A DNA stretch of 64,000 bases, taken from Alphaproteobacteria bacterium. GTDB lineage: Bacteria; Pseudomonadota; Alphaproteobacteria; UBA828. The stretch is taken from the NCBI GenBank assembly GCA_965220745.1, contig CBDCQT010000011.1, forward strand, positions 544,001 to 608,000, read 5' to 3'. The notes below the pieces were generated by a model that was not told the origin of the DNA, ran no database searches, and was given only the letters and a program-made list of their open reading frames with translations. The translations under genes were made by a program, and so were the position numbers. This document shows positions 56,220-64,000 of the stretch, in pieces (the first letter of the stretch is position 1; each line of letters opens with the position of its first letter).

Positions 56220-58025
56220 ATGGAGAGCGCGGTCGTCAATCCGCGCGACCTGCGGTTTCAGCTCTTCGACGTGCTGGGCGCGGACGCGCTGTGTGCGCGC
56301 ACGCGCTACCGCGACCATGACCGCGAGTCCCTGGAGGCCGCCCTCGATCTCGCCGTTCAGATCGCGGACGAAGTGCTCTGGCCCAATGCGCCGATCGGCG
56401 ACAGGGACGAGCCCAGGCTCGAGAACGGCCGGGTGCGCGTGCCCGCCGCCATTCACGAGAGCGTGGCCGCGATCACCGATGCGGGTTTCATTGCTGCCGC
56501 GCTCGACTACGACCGGGGCGGCATGCAGCTTCCCGCCGTGCTCCTGCAGGCCTGCCTTGGCGTATTGAAGGCGGCCGATACGGCGACGGCCGGCTACCTG
56601 ATGCTGACCAAGGCGGCGGCCAATCTGCTCGACGTTCACGGCACCGACGAGCAGAAGCGGCTCTACATGGAGCCGCTCTACGCCGGGCGTTTTCTTGGCA
56701 CGATGTGCCTCTCGGAGCCCGACGTGGGCTCGTCATTGGGCGATATCAGGTGCCGGGCGGTGCCCGCCGGCGATGGCAGCTACCGGCTCTCCGGCAGCAA
56801 GATGTGGATCTCCGGCGGCGACCAGGACATCTCGGAGAACATCGTCCACCTGGTTCTCGCGAAGCTCCCCGACGCGCCGCCCGGCGTGAAGGGGATCTCG
56901 CTCTTCATCGTGCCGAAGATCCGGGTGAAGGCCGACGGCACGCTCGGCGCCGCCAACGATGTCGCCGTGGCCGGCCTCAATCACAAGATGGGCTACCGCG
57001 CGATCTCGAATTGCCTGCTGAGCTTCGGCGAGAACGGCAACTGCGAGGCGCACCTGGTGGGCGCTCCCCACGAGGGCCTCGCCTGCATGTTCCACATGAT
57101 GAACGAGGCGCGGATCGGGGTCGGCATCAGCGGCGCCATGATCGGCTATGCGGGCTACATGCAGGCGGTCCGTTACGCCAGGGAGCGGCGCCAGGGCCGG
57201 CCGGTCGATAACCGCGATCCATCGCAGCCGCCCGTGCCCATCGTGCGCCACGCCGACGTGAAGCGCATGCTGCTCAAGCAGAAGGCGATCGTCGAGGGAG
57301 CGCTCGCGCTCTGCCTGACCTGCGCGTGCTATCTGGACGACATGACCACGGCGGAGGGCGAGAACGAGCGGCGGCGGGCCGCCCTGCTGCTCGACATTCT
57401 TACGCCGATCGCCAAGGCCTGGCCCGCGGAGTTCTGCCAGGAGGCCAACAGCCTCGCGATCCAGGTTCACGGCGGCTACGGCTACACGCGGGACTTCCCG
57501 GTCGAACGGCTCTACCGCGACAACCGCCTCAACGCGATCCACGAGGGGACGAACGGCATCCAGGCGATCGACCTGCTCGGGCGCAAGGCGCGCTTGCGGG
57601 ACGGCGCCGCGCTCACGGCGTTGATGGAGGAAATCCGTGCCGATATCGACGCGGCGCGAGACCTGCCCGCCCTCGCCGAGTATTGCGGCGCGCTGGAGGC
57701 CGTCGCGACCGAGATCGAGAACGCCACGACCGCCATCGGCGCAGCACGCGCGGAGCGTCGGATCGGGGACTCGCTCGCGAACGCGAGCCTCTATCTCAAC
57801 GCCTTGGGCCACATCGTCGTCGCGTGGCTCTGGCTGCGCCAGGCGCGCGCCGCGGACGACGCCCTCCGGCAAGGCGCGGTCACGGACGACGCAGCGTTCT
57901 ACCGTGGCAAGCTCGCGGCCTGCCGTTACTTCTTCCGCTACGAGCTGGCCGGGATGAGACCCGCCATCGCGCTGCTCGCGCGGGTCGATACGACCTGTGC
58001 CGAGATGGACACGAACATGTTCTAA
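56220..58025 (+). CDS. Acyl-CoA dehydrogenase (about 600-aa type)
   Basis: GTMCLSEP, KMWISGG, KGISLF, HMMNEAR, QVHGGYGY and IHEGTNGIQ motifs. Confidence 0.92.
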   Translation: MESAVVNPRDLRFQLFDVLGADALCARTRYRDHDRESLEAALDLAVQIADEVLWPNAPIGDRDEPRLENGRVRVPAAIHESVAAITDAGFIAAALDYDRGGMQLPAVLLQACLGVLKAADTATAGYLMLTKAAANLLDVHGTDEQKRLYMEPLYAGRFLGTMCLSEPDVGSSLGDIRCRAVPAGDGSYRLSGSKMWISGGDQDISENIVHLVLAKLPDAPPGVKGISLFIVPKIRVKADGTLGAANDVAVAGLNHKMGYRAISNCLLSFGENGNCEAHLVGAPHEGLACMFHMMNEARIGVGISGAMIGYAGYMQAVRYARERRQGRPVDNRDPSQPPVPIVRHADVKRMLLKQKAIVEGALALCLTCACYLDDMTTAEGENERRRAALLLDILTPIAKAWPAEFCQEANSLAIQVHGGYGYTRDFPVERLYRDNRLNAIHEGTNGIQAIDLLGRKARLRDGAALTALMEEIRADIDAARDLPALAEYCGALEAVATEIENATTAIGAARAERRIGDSLANASLYLNALGHIVVAWLWLRQARAADDALRQGAVTDDAAFYRGKLAACRYFFRYELAGMRPAIALLARVDTTCAEMDTNMF

Positions 58026-58107
58026 GCGCAAAGCCGCTATGATCGGCCGCGGCACCGGGCGCCGGGCCGCGCGCCGCAACCGATATCCAGGGCAAGGGGA
58101 GATGGAC

Positions 58108-58593
58108 ATGGCCGAGCTCACGCTGGAGCAACGGGTTCAACGGATCGAGGACGCCGAAGAGATCAGGCGCCTGCGCTATCTCTACTGCGAGTACGGCAAC
58201 CTCTACGACGCCGAGCGCTTCGCCGCCCTCTTCGCGCCGGACGCGATATGGGACGGGGGCGATGCCTTCGGGTGCCAGGAGGGGCTGGAGCAGATCGAGC
58301 AGATGGTGCGCGACGCGGGCGAGCGAATCCGCTTCTCCGCCCATTACATCACGAACGAGCTGATTGAGGTCGACGGCGACAGCGCAACCGGGCGCTGGTG
58401 GCTGTTCATGCCGTGCGTCCTGGACGGCGAGTCGACCTGGCTCTTCGCCACATACGACGATGAGTACGTGAAGCTCGACGGGCGCTGGCTGATCAAGAAG
58501 ATCGTCCTCGACGTAAAGAACTTCGCACCCCAAGACAAAGGCTGGGCCGAGAGCGCCAAGCCCTGGGTCGACGATCACTGGAAAGGGCCCTGA
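58108..58593 (+). CDS. NTF2-like SnoaL_4 family protein (LinA/BaiE-like), copy 1
   Basis: LEQRVQRIEDAEEIRRL, LFAPDAIWD, HYITN and YDDEYVKLDGRW motifs. Confidence 0.85.
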   Translation: MAELTLEQRVQRIEDAEEIRRLRYLYCEYGNLYDAERFAALFAPDAIWDGGDAFGCQEGLEQIEQMVRDAGERIRFSAHYITNELIEVDGDSATGRWWLFMPCVLDGESTWLFATYDDEYVKLDGRWLIKKIVLDVKNFAPQDKGWAESAKPWVDDHWKGP

Positions 58594-58731
58594 GCCCCCG
58601 GCGCAGAAGACCCCTTGCACCGCCGCACCCGCCGACGGCAAGCTGCAGGCGCGGCGGGCGGACGGTTCCTTCCGCGCCGCAGTGAGTACAAACGCGCGCA
58701 GACATCACATCACACGCAGACAGGGTGAGAC

Positions 58732-60675
58732 ATGGCTTCGACTTCCACAGCGCGCCGCGCCGTGCGGCAGATCAAGGACCAGGACAAGCCCAAGCCGGCC
58801 GCCAGAAAGCGCGGCAACGGTGCTGCAGGCGCCGTCGATTCGATCACCTTCTCCGTCATCCTCAATCGCTTCTCCACCATCGCGAACGAGATGACGCTGA
58901 CCATGGAGAAGACCGCCTGGACCTCGATCATCGCGCTGGCACGCGACTTCTCCTGCGCGATCTACGACGCCAAGGCCCGGCAGATCTGCATGCAGGATGC
59001 CCTGCCGATCCACACGAATTCCCTGCACGTCGTGCTGGGCGAGATCGCGCGGGTCTTCGAGGGCGATATCCACGACGGCGACGTCATCGTCTGCAACGAC
59101 GCCTACAGCGGCAACACCCATATCGGCGATTTCGTCACCGCTTGTCCCGTGTTCCACCAGGGCAAGCACATGTTTTGGAGCGTGGCGAAGGGCCATCAGC
59201 TCGATTGCGGCGCGTATATCCCGACCAGCGTGCCGGCGCCCGCCAGGGATGTCTGGCAAGAGGGGCTGCAGCTACCGCCGATCAAGTTCTACGAGAAGGG
59301 CCAGCGGCGCGAGGACGTGGTGCGCATGTACCTCGCCAACGTGCGCTGGCAGGAATGGCTCTACGGCGACCTGATGGCGCAGCTCGGCTCGATCTGGACC
59401 GGTCGGCGTCGCCTCGTCGAGCTTGCGGCGCACTACGGCAACGACACGATCGAGCGCTACGCCGAGGCGATCCTCGATTACTCCGACAGGCGGATGGCCG
59501 ATGAAATCCGCGCCATCCCCGACGGCGACTACGACGGCATGTCGTGGCTCGACTCGGACGGCCATGGCATGACGAACATCCAGGTCGGCGCCCGGGTCTC
59601 GGTGCGGGGCGAGAACGTGCACATCGATTTCTCGAATTCGGATCCGCAGGTTCCGAGTGGGAACAACTCGTCTTACGGCGTGATGCAGGCTGCGGCGGGT
59701 ATCCCGGTGCTCTGCTCCATCGACCCCACCATTCCTCACAACGACGGCTGCCTCAGGCACATCACGGCGGACGCGCCCAAGGGCACCGTCTGCAACGCCG
59801 AGTACCCGGCGTCCACGGCGCTCGCCACCGTGGGGCCCGGCGATACCATGCAGGAGGCGGTGTGGAAGGCGCTCGCCCACGCCGTGCCGGAGCGCGTCAT
59901 GGGCGGCAGCGGCAAGGACGGCAACCTGCCGATGTTCTCCGGCACGGATACGCGGAGCGGCAAGCCGGTCGACTGGGGCTGCATGCTGTTCAATGGCGCG
60001 CCCGCCGGCGGCGCCACGTCGTCGGCCGACGGCTGGCCGCTGATCATGACCTCGGCCGGCATGGGTGGCCTCAAGATCATGAGCGTCGAGCTCTGCGAGC
60101 TGTTCTACCCCTACCGCATCGACCGCCAGGAAATCGCGGCCGATTCTATGGGGCACGGCAAGCACATCGGCGGCCCCGGCGTGGATATCCAGGTCAGCCC
60201 GACCGACGGCGGCTTCCAGGTCGAGCTCTTCGGCGAGGGCCAGGGCAACCCGCCCTTCGGCGTGATGAACGGCACGCCCGGCATCGGCGGCGGTAGTTAC
60301 AAGGAGAATTTGGAGACCGGCAAGCGGACCTATTTCTCCTCCAAGGGCCGCTTCTATATCGGAGAGAACGATATCTGGGCGGGCACGTCGAGCGGGGGCG
60401 GCGGTTACGGCGACGCGCTGGAGCGCGATCCGGAAGCCGTGCTGGAGAGCGTTTTCGACGGCATGCTGTCGCTCGAATGCGCCGAAGACGTCTACGGCGT
60501 CGTGATCAACCGGGCGATGATGACCATCGACCGGGCCAAGACCGAGAAACTGCGCGCCAAGATGGCGGCCAAGCGCGGCCCGCTCCAGGTGACCTCGCCC
60601 AGCCGTCCCGGTGCCGCCGACTGGATTCAGAGAAAGCTGCGCCAGGGCGACGAATACCTCGTGGACGCGCAATAG
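58732..60675 (+). CDS. hyuB: Hydantoinase B/oxoprolinase family subunit (basic-tail paralog 3)
   Basis: DSITFSV, RDFSCA, NTHIGD, GHQLD and GGGGYGD motifs. Confidence 0.92.
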   Translation: MASTSTARRAVRQIKDQDKPKPAARKRGNGAAGAVDSITFSVILNRFSTIANEMTLTMEKTAWTSIIALARDFSCAIYDAKARQICMQDALPIHTNSLHVVLGEIARVFEGDIHDGDVIVCNDAYSGNTHIGDFVTACPVFHQGKHMFWSVAKGHQLDCGAYIPTSVPAPARDVWQEGLQLPPIKFYEKGQRREDVVRMYLANVRWQEWLYGDLMAQLGSIWTGRRRLVELAAHYGNDTIERYAEAILDYSDRRMADEIRAIPDGDYDGMSWLDSDGHGMTNIQVGARVSVRGENVHIDFSNSDPQVPSGNNSSYGVMQAAAGIPVLCSIDPTIPHNDGCLRHITADAPKGTVCNAEYPASTALATVGPGDTMQEAVWKALAHAVPERVMGGSGKDGNLPMFSGTDTRSGKPVDWGCMLFNGAPAGGATSSADGWPLIMTSAGMGGLKIMSVELCELFYPYRIDRQEIAADSMGHGKHIGGPGVDIQVSPTDGGFQVELFGEGQGNPPFGVMNGTPGIGGGSYKENLETGKRTYFSSKGRFYIGENDIWAGTSSGGGGYGDALERDPEAVLESVFDGMLSLECAEDVYGVVINRAMMTIDRAKTEKLRAKMAAKRGPLQVTSPSRPGAADWIQRKLRQGDEYLVDAQ

Positions 60676-60706
60676 CGCGACGACGCACCGCACAGGGAGA
60701 ATGACG

Positions 60707-61174
60707 ATGGCCGAATTGACCCTCGAGGAACAGGTCGCGCGACTCACCGCGATCGAGGACATCAAGCGGATGAAGGCGCAGTACTGCTACTACGCCGATC
60801 ACGGCTACGATCCGGACGGCCTGGCGAGCCTCTTCGTCGAGGACGCCCTCTGGGACGGCGGCGACTTCGGTGTCTACGAGGGCAAGGAGGCGATCCGGGA
60901 GTTCTTCGCCGGCATCAAGGACGACATCGTCTTCGCGATCCACCCAGTGATGAACCCGATCATCACGGTGGACGGCGACACGGCGAACGCCAAGTGGTGG
61001 CTCATCATGTGGTGCACCATGATGGTCGACGGCGAGAAGAAGGCCCGCTGGTTTGCCGCCGAGTACGACGACGATCTGGTGAAGCGCGACGGCGAGTGGC
61101 TGTTCACCCACATCAAGGTTACGGGCAAGTTCATGGCCGAGCACGCCGAGGGCTGGGCAGCTCAGACCGGGTAG
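60707..61174 (+). CDS. NTF2-like SnoaL_4 family protein (LinA/BaiE-like), copy 2
   Basis: MAELTLEEQV, YCYYAD, LFVEDALWD, IHPVMNP and YDDDLVKRDGEW motifs. Confidence 0.85.
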   Translation: MAELTLEEQVARLTAIEDIKRMKAQYCYYADHGYDPDGLASLFVEDALWDGGDFGVYEGKEAIREFFAGIKDDIVFAIHPVMNPIITVDGDTANAKWWLIMWCTMMVDGEKKARWFAAEYDDDLVKRDGEWLFTHIKVTGKFMAEHAEGWAAQTG

Positions 61175-61224
61175 GCTGCCGCTGCGGCCAGCCGCTCCCG
61201 CGGTACCTTCGGGCAGATTTCGAG

Positions 61225-62448
61225 CTAACTCGGTAGCGCTCGGCCCTCATCCGGTGCGGGCCAGGAGGCGGGGCGGCCGTCGGCGGTCCAGACTCCCTTC
61301 GGCTCGGCCCGGCCGCTGGCGATCCCCGCGATCGGCACGATAACGGCGCGGGTGAAGAAGGCCTGCGCGCGGAAGCCGAAGATCACCGTATCGCCCACTG
61401 CGACGCGCTGGTGGGGCTCCGGCATAAGCTGGCCGTAATAGTCGATCATCGCCGGGTCCGGCGTGGCGGCGTCGACCTCCTGCGCGAGTGCCGCCTCCGG
61501 GTCCGGACCCACCAGCGCCTTGAGTGGGTAGGGCGCGAACACCGGGTCGATGTAGAGGCCGCCGCCGAAGCAATAGGCGCGGCCCTGGTGGAAGTGTGAG
61601 ACCTCCGTCAGGTAGAGCATCGCCGGGCGCTCCGGCAGGTCGGAGCGGGCGTGGAGCGGCGTCGTGCCGGTGAGCCCGTGGCCGGGCTCCACCTGGGTCG
61701 CGCCGCCATCTGCCAGCGCCGCCATCACCCTGGCCGACGTGGTGCCCGGCGCGTTGATGACGATATCGCGCCGGCCCTGCCCGCCGAGCCGTGACGCGGC
61801 CTCGCGCAGGGTCGCGAGATTGGGGGTTGGCTGCGCCTCGCCCGCGCCTTCGTCGAAGAGCAGGGCGGGGAACGTGGTGAGCCCGGCAAAGCGCCCGCCC
61901 GGCGTGCGATCGAGCGCATCCGCCACGGCCTCGACCACGTCGGCATCGAAGCCCCCCTCGTGGCCGGAGTAGAAGGTGTCGCCGGGCGCCTGGATGCGCG
62001 CGATCAGCGCCTGTTCGTGGCCGTGCGCCGCGGCGGCTTGCGCGGCCTCGGCCGCCTTCTCTTCGTTGAAGACGGTCCAGTAGTCGGCGCGCATGGCCGC
62101 GGCCTCCGCCGCCTCGTGGCGTGGGATCTGGCCGAGGTGGCCGATGTGGGCGAGTCCGTGGCCGTTCGCGTGGATCGGCCGCGCGCAGGCCATGTCGACC
62201 GCGACGAAGCGGTCGATCCCGCCCGCCTTGAGTGCATCGAGCGCCGGCGGATTGCGGCCGATCTGCTTGGTCATCGCCAGCACGTCGAGGCCGAGCCTCG
62301 CCGCCTCGGCGCTCATCAGGCGCGCGTTCTCGGTCACCGTGTCGAGGTCGAGCAGGTAGGCGCCGGCCGGCACCCGGCCCGCCTGGTGCAGCGCGACGGC
62401 CGCTTCGAGGAACGCCCGGTTGCGGGCTTTCAGCGCATCTAAGAACAT
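61225..62448 (-). CDS. yhfX: YhfX-like fold-type III PLP enzyme (alanine racemase N-terminal domain)
   Basis: MFLDAL, MTKQIGRNP, GHLGQIP, GHEGGF, INAPGTTS, EPGHGLTGTTP, YLTEVSH and FRAQAF motifs. Confidence 0.85.
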   Translation of the reverse strand: MFLDALKARNRAFLEAAVALHQAGRVPAGAYLLDLDTVTENARLMSAEAARLGLDVLAMTKQIGRNPPALDALKAGGIDRFVAVDMACARPIHANGHGLAHIGHLGQIPRHEAAEAAAMRADYWTVFNEEKAAEAAQAAAAHGHEQALIARIQAPGDTFYSGHEGGFDADVVEAVADALDRTPGGRFAGLTTFPALLFDEGAGEAQPTPNLATLREAASRLGGQGRRDIVINAPGTTSARVMAALADGGATQVEPGHGLTGTTPLHARSDLPERPAMLYLTEVSHFHQGRAYCFGGGLYIDPVFAPYPLKALVGPDPEAALAQEVDAATPDPAMIDYYGQLMPEPHQRVAVGDTVIFGFRAQAFFTRAVIVPIAGIASGRAEPKGVWTADGRPASWPAPDEGRALPS

Positions 62449-62570
62449 CGCCTGTCGACTCTCCCCTTGGTCGCCGCGTCCGCCGCGCCGCCTCGCCCGG
62501 CTGCTAGGCGCGTGATAGCGTGCGCGGCCGACGCCACCCTGCGTGTGGGCGGCCGCCACGTGGACGATAC

Positions 62571-63797
62571 ATGAGCGAGACCGACCACACGACGCCGGGC
62601 GCGGCGCCCTCCATCTACCCGCTGGTTCGCCTGCTCACCTCGCTGGTCCTCGTGACCATGGGCGGCGCCGCCATGTACGCGGTGATCGTGGTGCTCAAGC
62701 CCGTCTCCTTCGAGTTCGATGTGGGGCGCGGCGTCGCGTCGCTTCCCTACATGATGTTCATGGTGACGGGCGGGGTCGGCGGCGTGGTGATGGGGCGGCT
62801 TGCCGATCGTTTCGGTGTGATGATGCCGGCCTTGATCGGGTGCGTCGGCCTGCCCGCCGGTATGGCCGGCGCCGCCTTCGCCGAGGAGTTCTGGCAGTTC
62901 TGCGTCTCGCTCGGGGTGCTGTCCGGCCTGCTCGGCACGTCAGCCCTCTTTGCCCCGATGGCGGCCGACATCTCGCACTGGTTCACCCGGCGGCGCGGGC
63001 TCGCCGTCGCGATCGTGATTACCGGAACCTACTTGGCAGGCGCGCTCTGGCCGCCGATCGTCCAGGCCTCGCTCGATGCGCGGGGCTGGCGTGAGACCTT
63101 CGTCGCGATCGCCATTCTCATGGCGTGCGTCATGCTGCCGCTGATCGCGTTGCTCTACCGCAAGCCGGCCGCGCTGATCGAGGCGCAGGCGGCGCGCATG
63201 GCGCCCGGCGCAGGCAGACCGCTGGGCGTCGCCCCCGGCACGCTTCAATGCCTGATTTGCGCGGCCGGGCTCGGCTGCTGCATCGCGATGGCGGCGCCGC
63301 AGGTGCACATCGTCGCCCACGTCACCGATCTCGGATACGCCGCCCAGCACGGCGCCGCGATGCTCTCGCTCATGCTCGGCACCGGCATAGTGAGCCGGAT
63401 CGGCTCCGGCTTCATCTCGGACCGGATCGGCGGGCTGCGCACGCTGCTGCTGGGTTCGGTCCTGCAGGCTGTCACGCTGATGGCCTTCCTCGGCGCCGAC
63501 ACGCTCACCCTGCTCTACGTGGTCTCGGCCGTCTTCGGCCTCTCCCAGGGCGGGATCGTGCCGTCCTACACCATCATCATCAGGACGTTCTTCCCCGCGC
63601 ACGAGGCGGGCCGCCGGGTCGGCTGGGCGATGCTCTTCACGTTCGCAGGTATGGCGCTCGGCGGCTGGATGGCCGGTGCGCTGTACGACCTGACGGGCTC
63701 CTACACCGCGTCATTCATCAACGCGGTCGCCTTCAACGTGATGAACGCCGCGATCGTGGTCTTCCTGGCGCAGCGCCATCGGGCACTCGCCGCTTAG
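62571..63797 (+). CDS. MFS transporter
   Basis: About 12 transmembrane segments; GRLADRFG, WFTRRRGLA, SDRIGG and GALYDLTGSY motifs. Confidence 0.9.
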   Translation: MSETDHTTPGAAPSIYPLVRLLTSLVLVTMGGAAMYAVIVVLKPVSFEFDVGRGVASLPYMMFMVTGGVGGVVMGRLADRFGVMMPALIGCVGLPAGMAGAAFAEEFWQFCVSLGVLSGLLGTSALFAPMAADISHWFTRRRGLAVAIVITGTYLAGALWPPIVQASLDARGWRETFVAIAILMACVMLPLIALLYRKPAALIEAQAARMAPGAGRPLGVAPGTLQCLICAAGLGCCIAMAAPQVHIVAHVTDLGYAAQHGAAMLSLMLGTGIVSRIGSGFISDRIGGLRTLLLGSVLQAVTLMAFLGADTLTLLYVVSAVFGLSQGGIVPSYTIIIRTFFPAHEAGRRVGWAMLFTFAGMALGGWMAGALYDLTGSYTASFINAVAFNVMNAAIVVFLAQRHRALAA

Positions 63798-64000
63798 CCT
63801 GCTTCGGCCCTTTGCTGGCCGTTGCCGAGCCTCTCGCGGCGGAGCGCTTCGGTCGCCGCAACGTCGACGGCGAGGTCGTCGTCCTCTTCCGAACCCACGA
63901 TCACCACGCCGTAGAGTGCCTCCGCCTTGGCGCGGGAGACGTAGCGCTCGTTCACGTCACTCAGCACCCGCTCGGGCTCGCGCTCCAGCGGATCGCCGTA
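63794..64000 (-). CDS. hyuB: Hydantoinase B/oxoprolinase family subunit, C-terminal fragment (gene continues beyond the window)
   Basis: Manual translation YGDPLEREPERVLSDVNERYVSRAKAEALYGVVI...DVAATEALRRERLGNGQQRAEAG*. Not in the ORF track. Confidence 0.85.
   Translation of the reverse strand, partial: YGDPLEREPERVLSDVNERYVSRAKAEALYGVVIVGSEEDDDLAVDVAATEALRRERLGNGQQRAEAG

Noticed and set aside
58732-58836. STARRAV in the hyuB tail as a possible Tat signal
   Set aside because: No hydrophobic h-region follows, the other two tails lack it, and the enzyme requires cytoplasmic ATP.
1-64000. tRNA, rRNA, CRISPR arrays, riboswitches, IS elements, prophage
   Set aside because: None recognised by eye in the short intergenic regions; an Infernal/Rfam scan would be needed to exclude small RNAs.

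Overview
High-GC bacterial DNA, probably alphaproteobacterial (inferred from a UbiH/UbiL-type hydroxylase, a DUF4168-like protein and a CCCTCTCC REP doublet). A spondin lipoprotein, two PhyH enzymes and three SnoaL/NTF2 proteins suggest a marine-invertebrate (e.g. sponge) symbiont, but this is inference only. About 58 genes, almost all catabolic or transport. The main theme is C-N bond cleavage: two hydantoinase/oxoprolinase A genes and five B genes (one truncated at the right edge), a two-subunit N,N-dimethylformamidase, an isochorismatase-family amidase, a gamma-glutamyl-amine ligase and an omega-aminotransferase. Supporting genes include acyl-CoA enzymes, a thiolase/HMGS-like-DUF35 cluster, an acetylene-hydratase-like Mo/W enzyme and three ABC systems. 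There are two toxin-antitoxin modules (HigB with a HigA-ImmA fusion; DUF433/DUF5615 on an AT-richer islet) and an unannotated antitoxin remnant. The most unusual feature is three closely related B subunits, each with its own Lys/Arg-rich N-terminal tail, apparently served by one A subunit with a Lys/Arg-rich C-terminus. No catabolic transcription regulator, rRNA, tRNA, CRISPR array or transposase was recognised. All calls come from reading motifs by eye; no searches were run.
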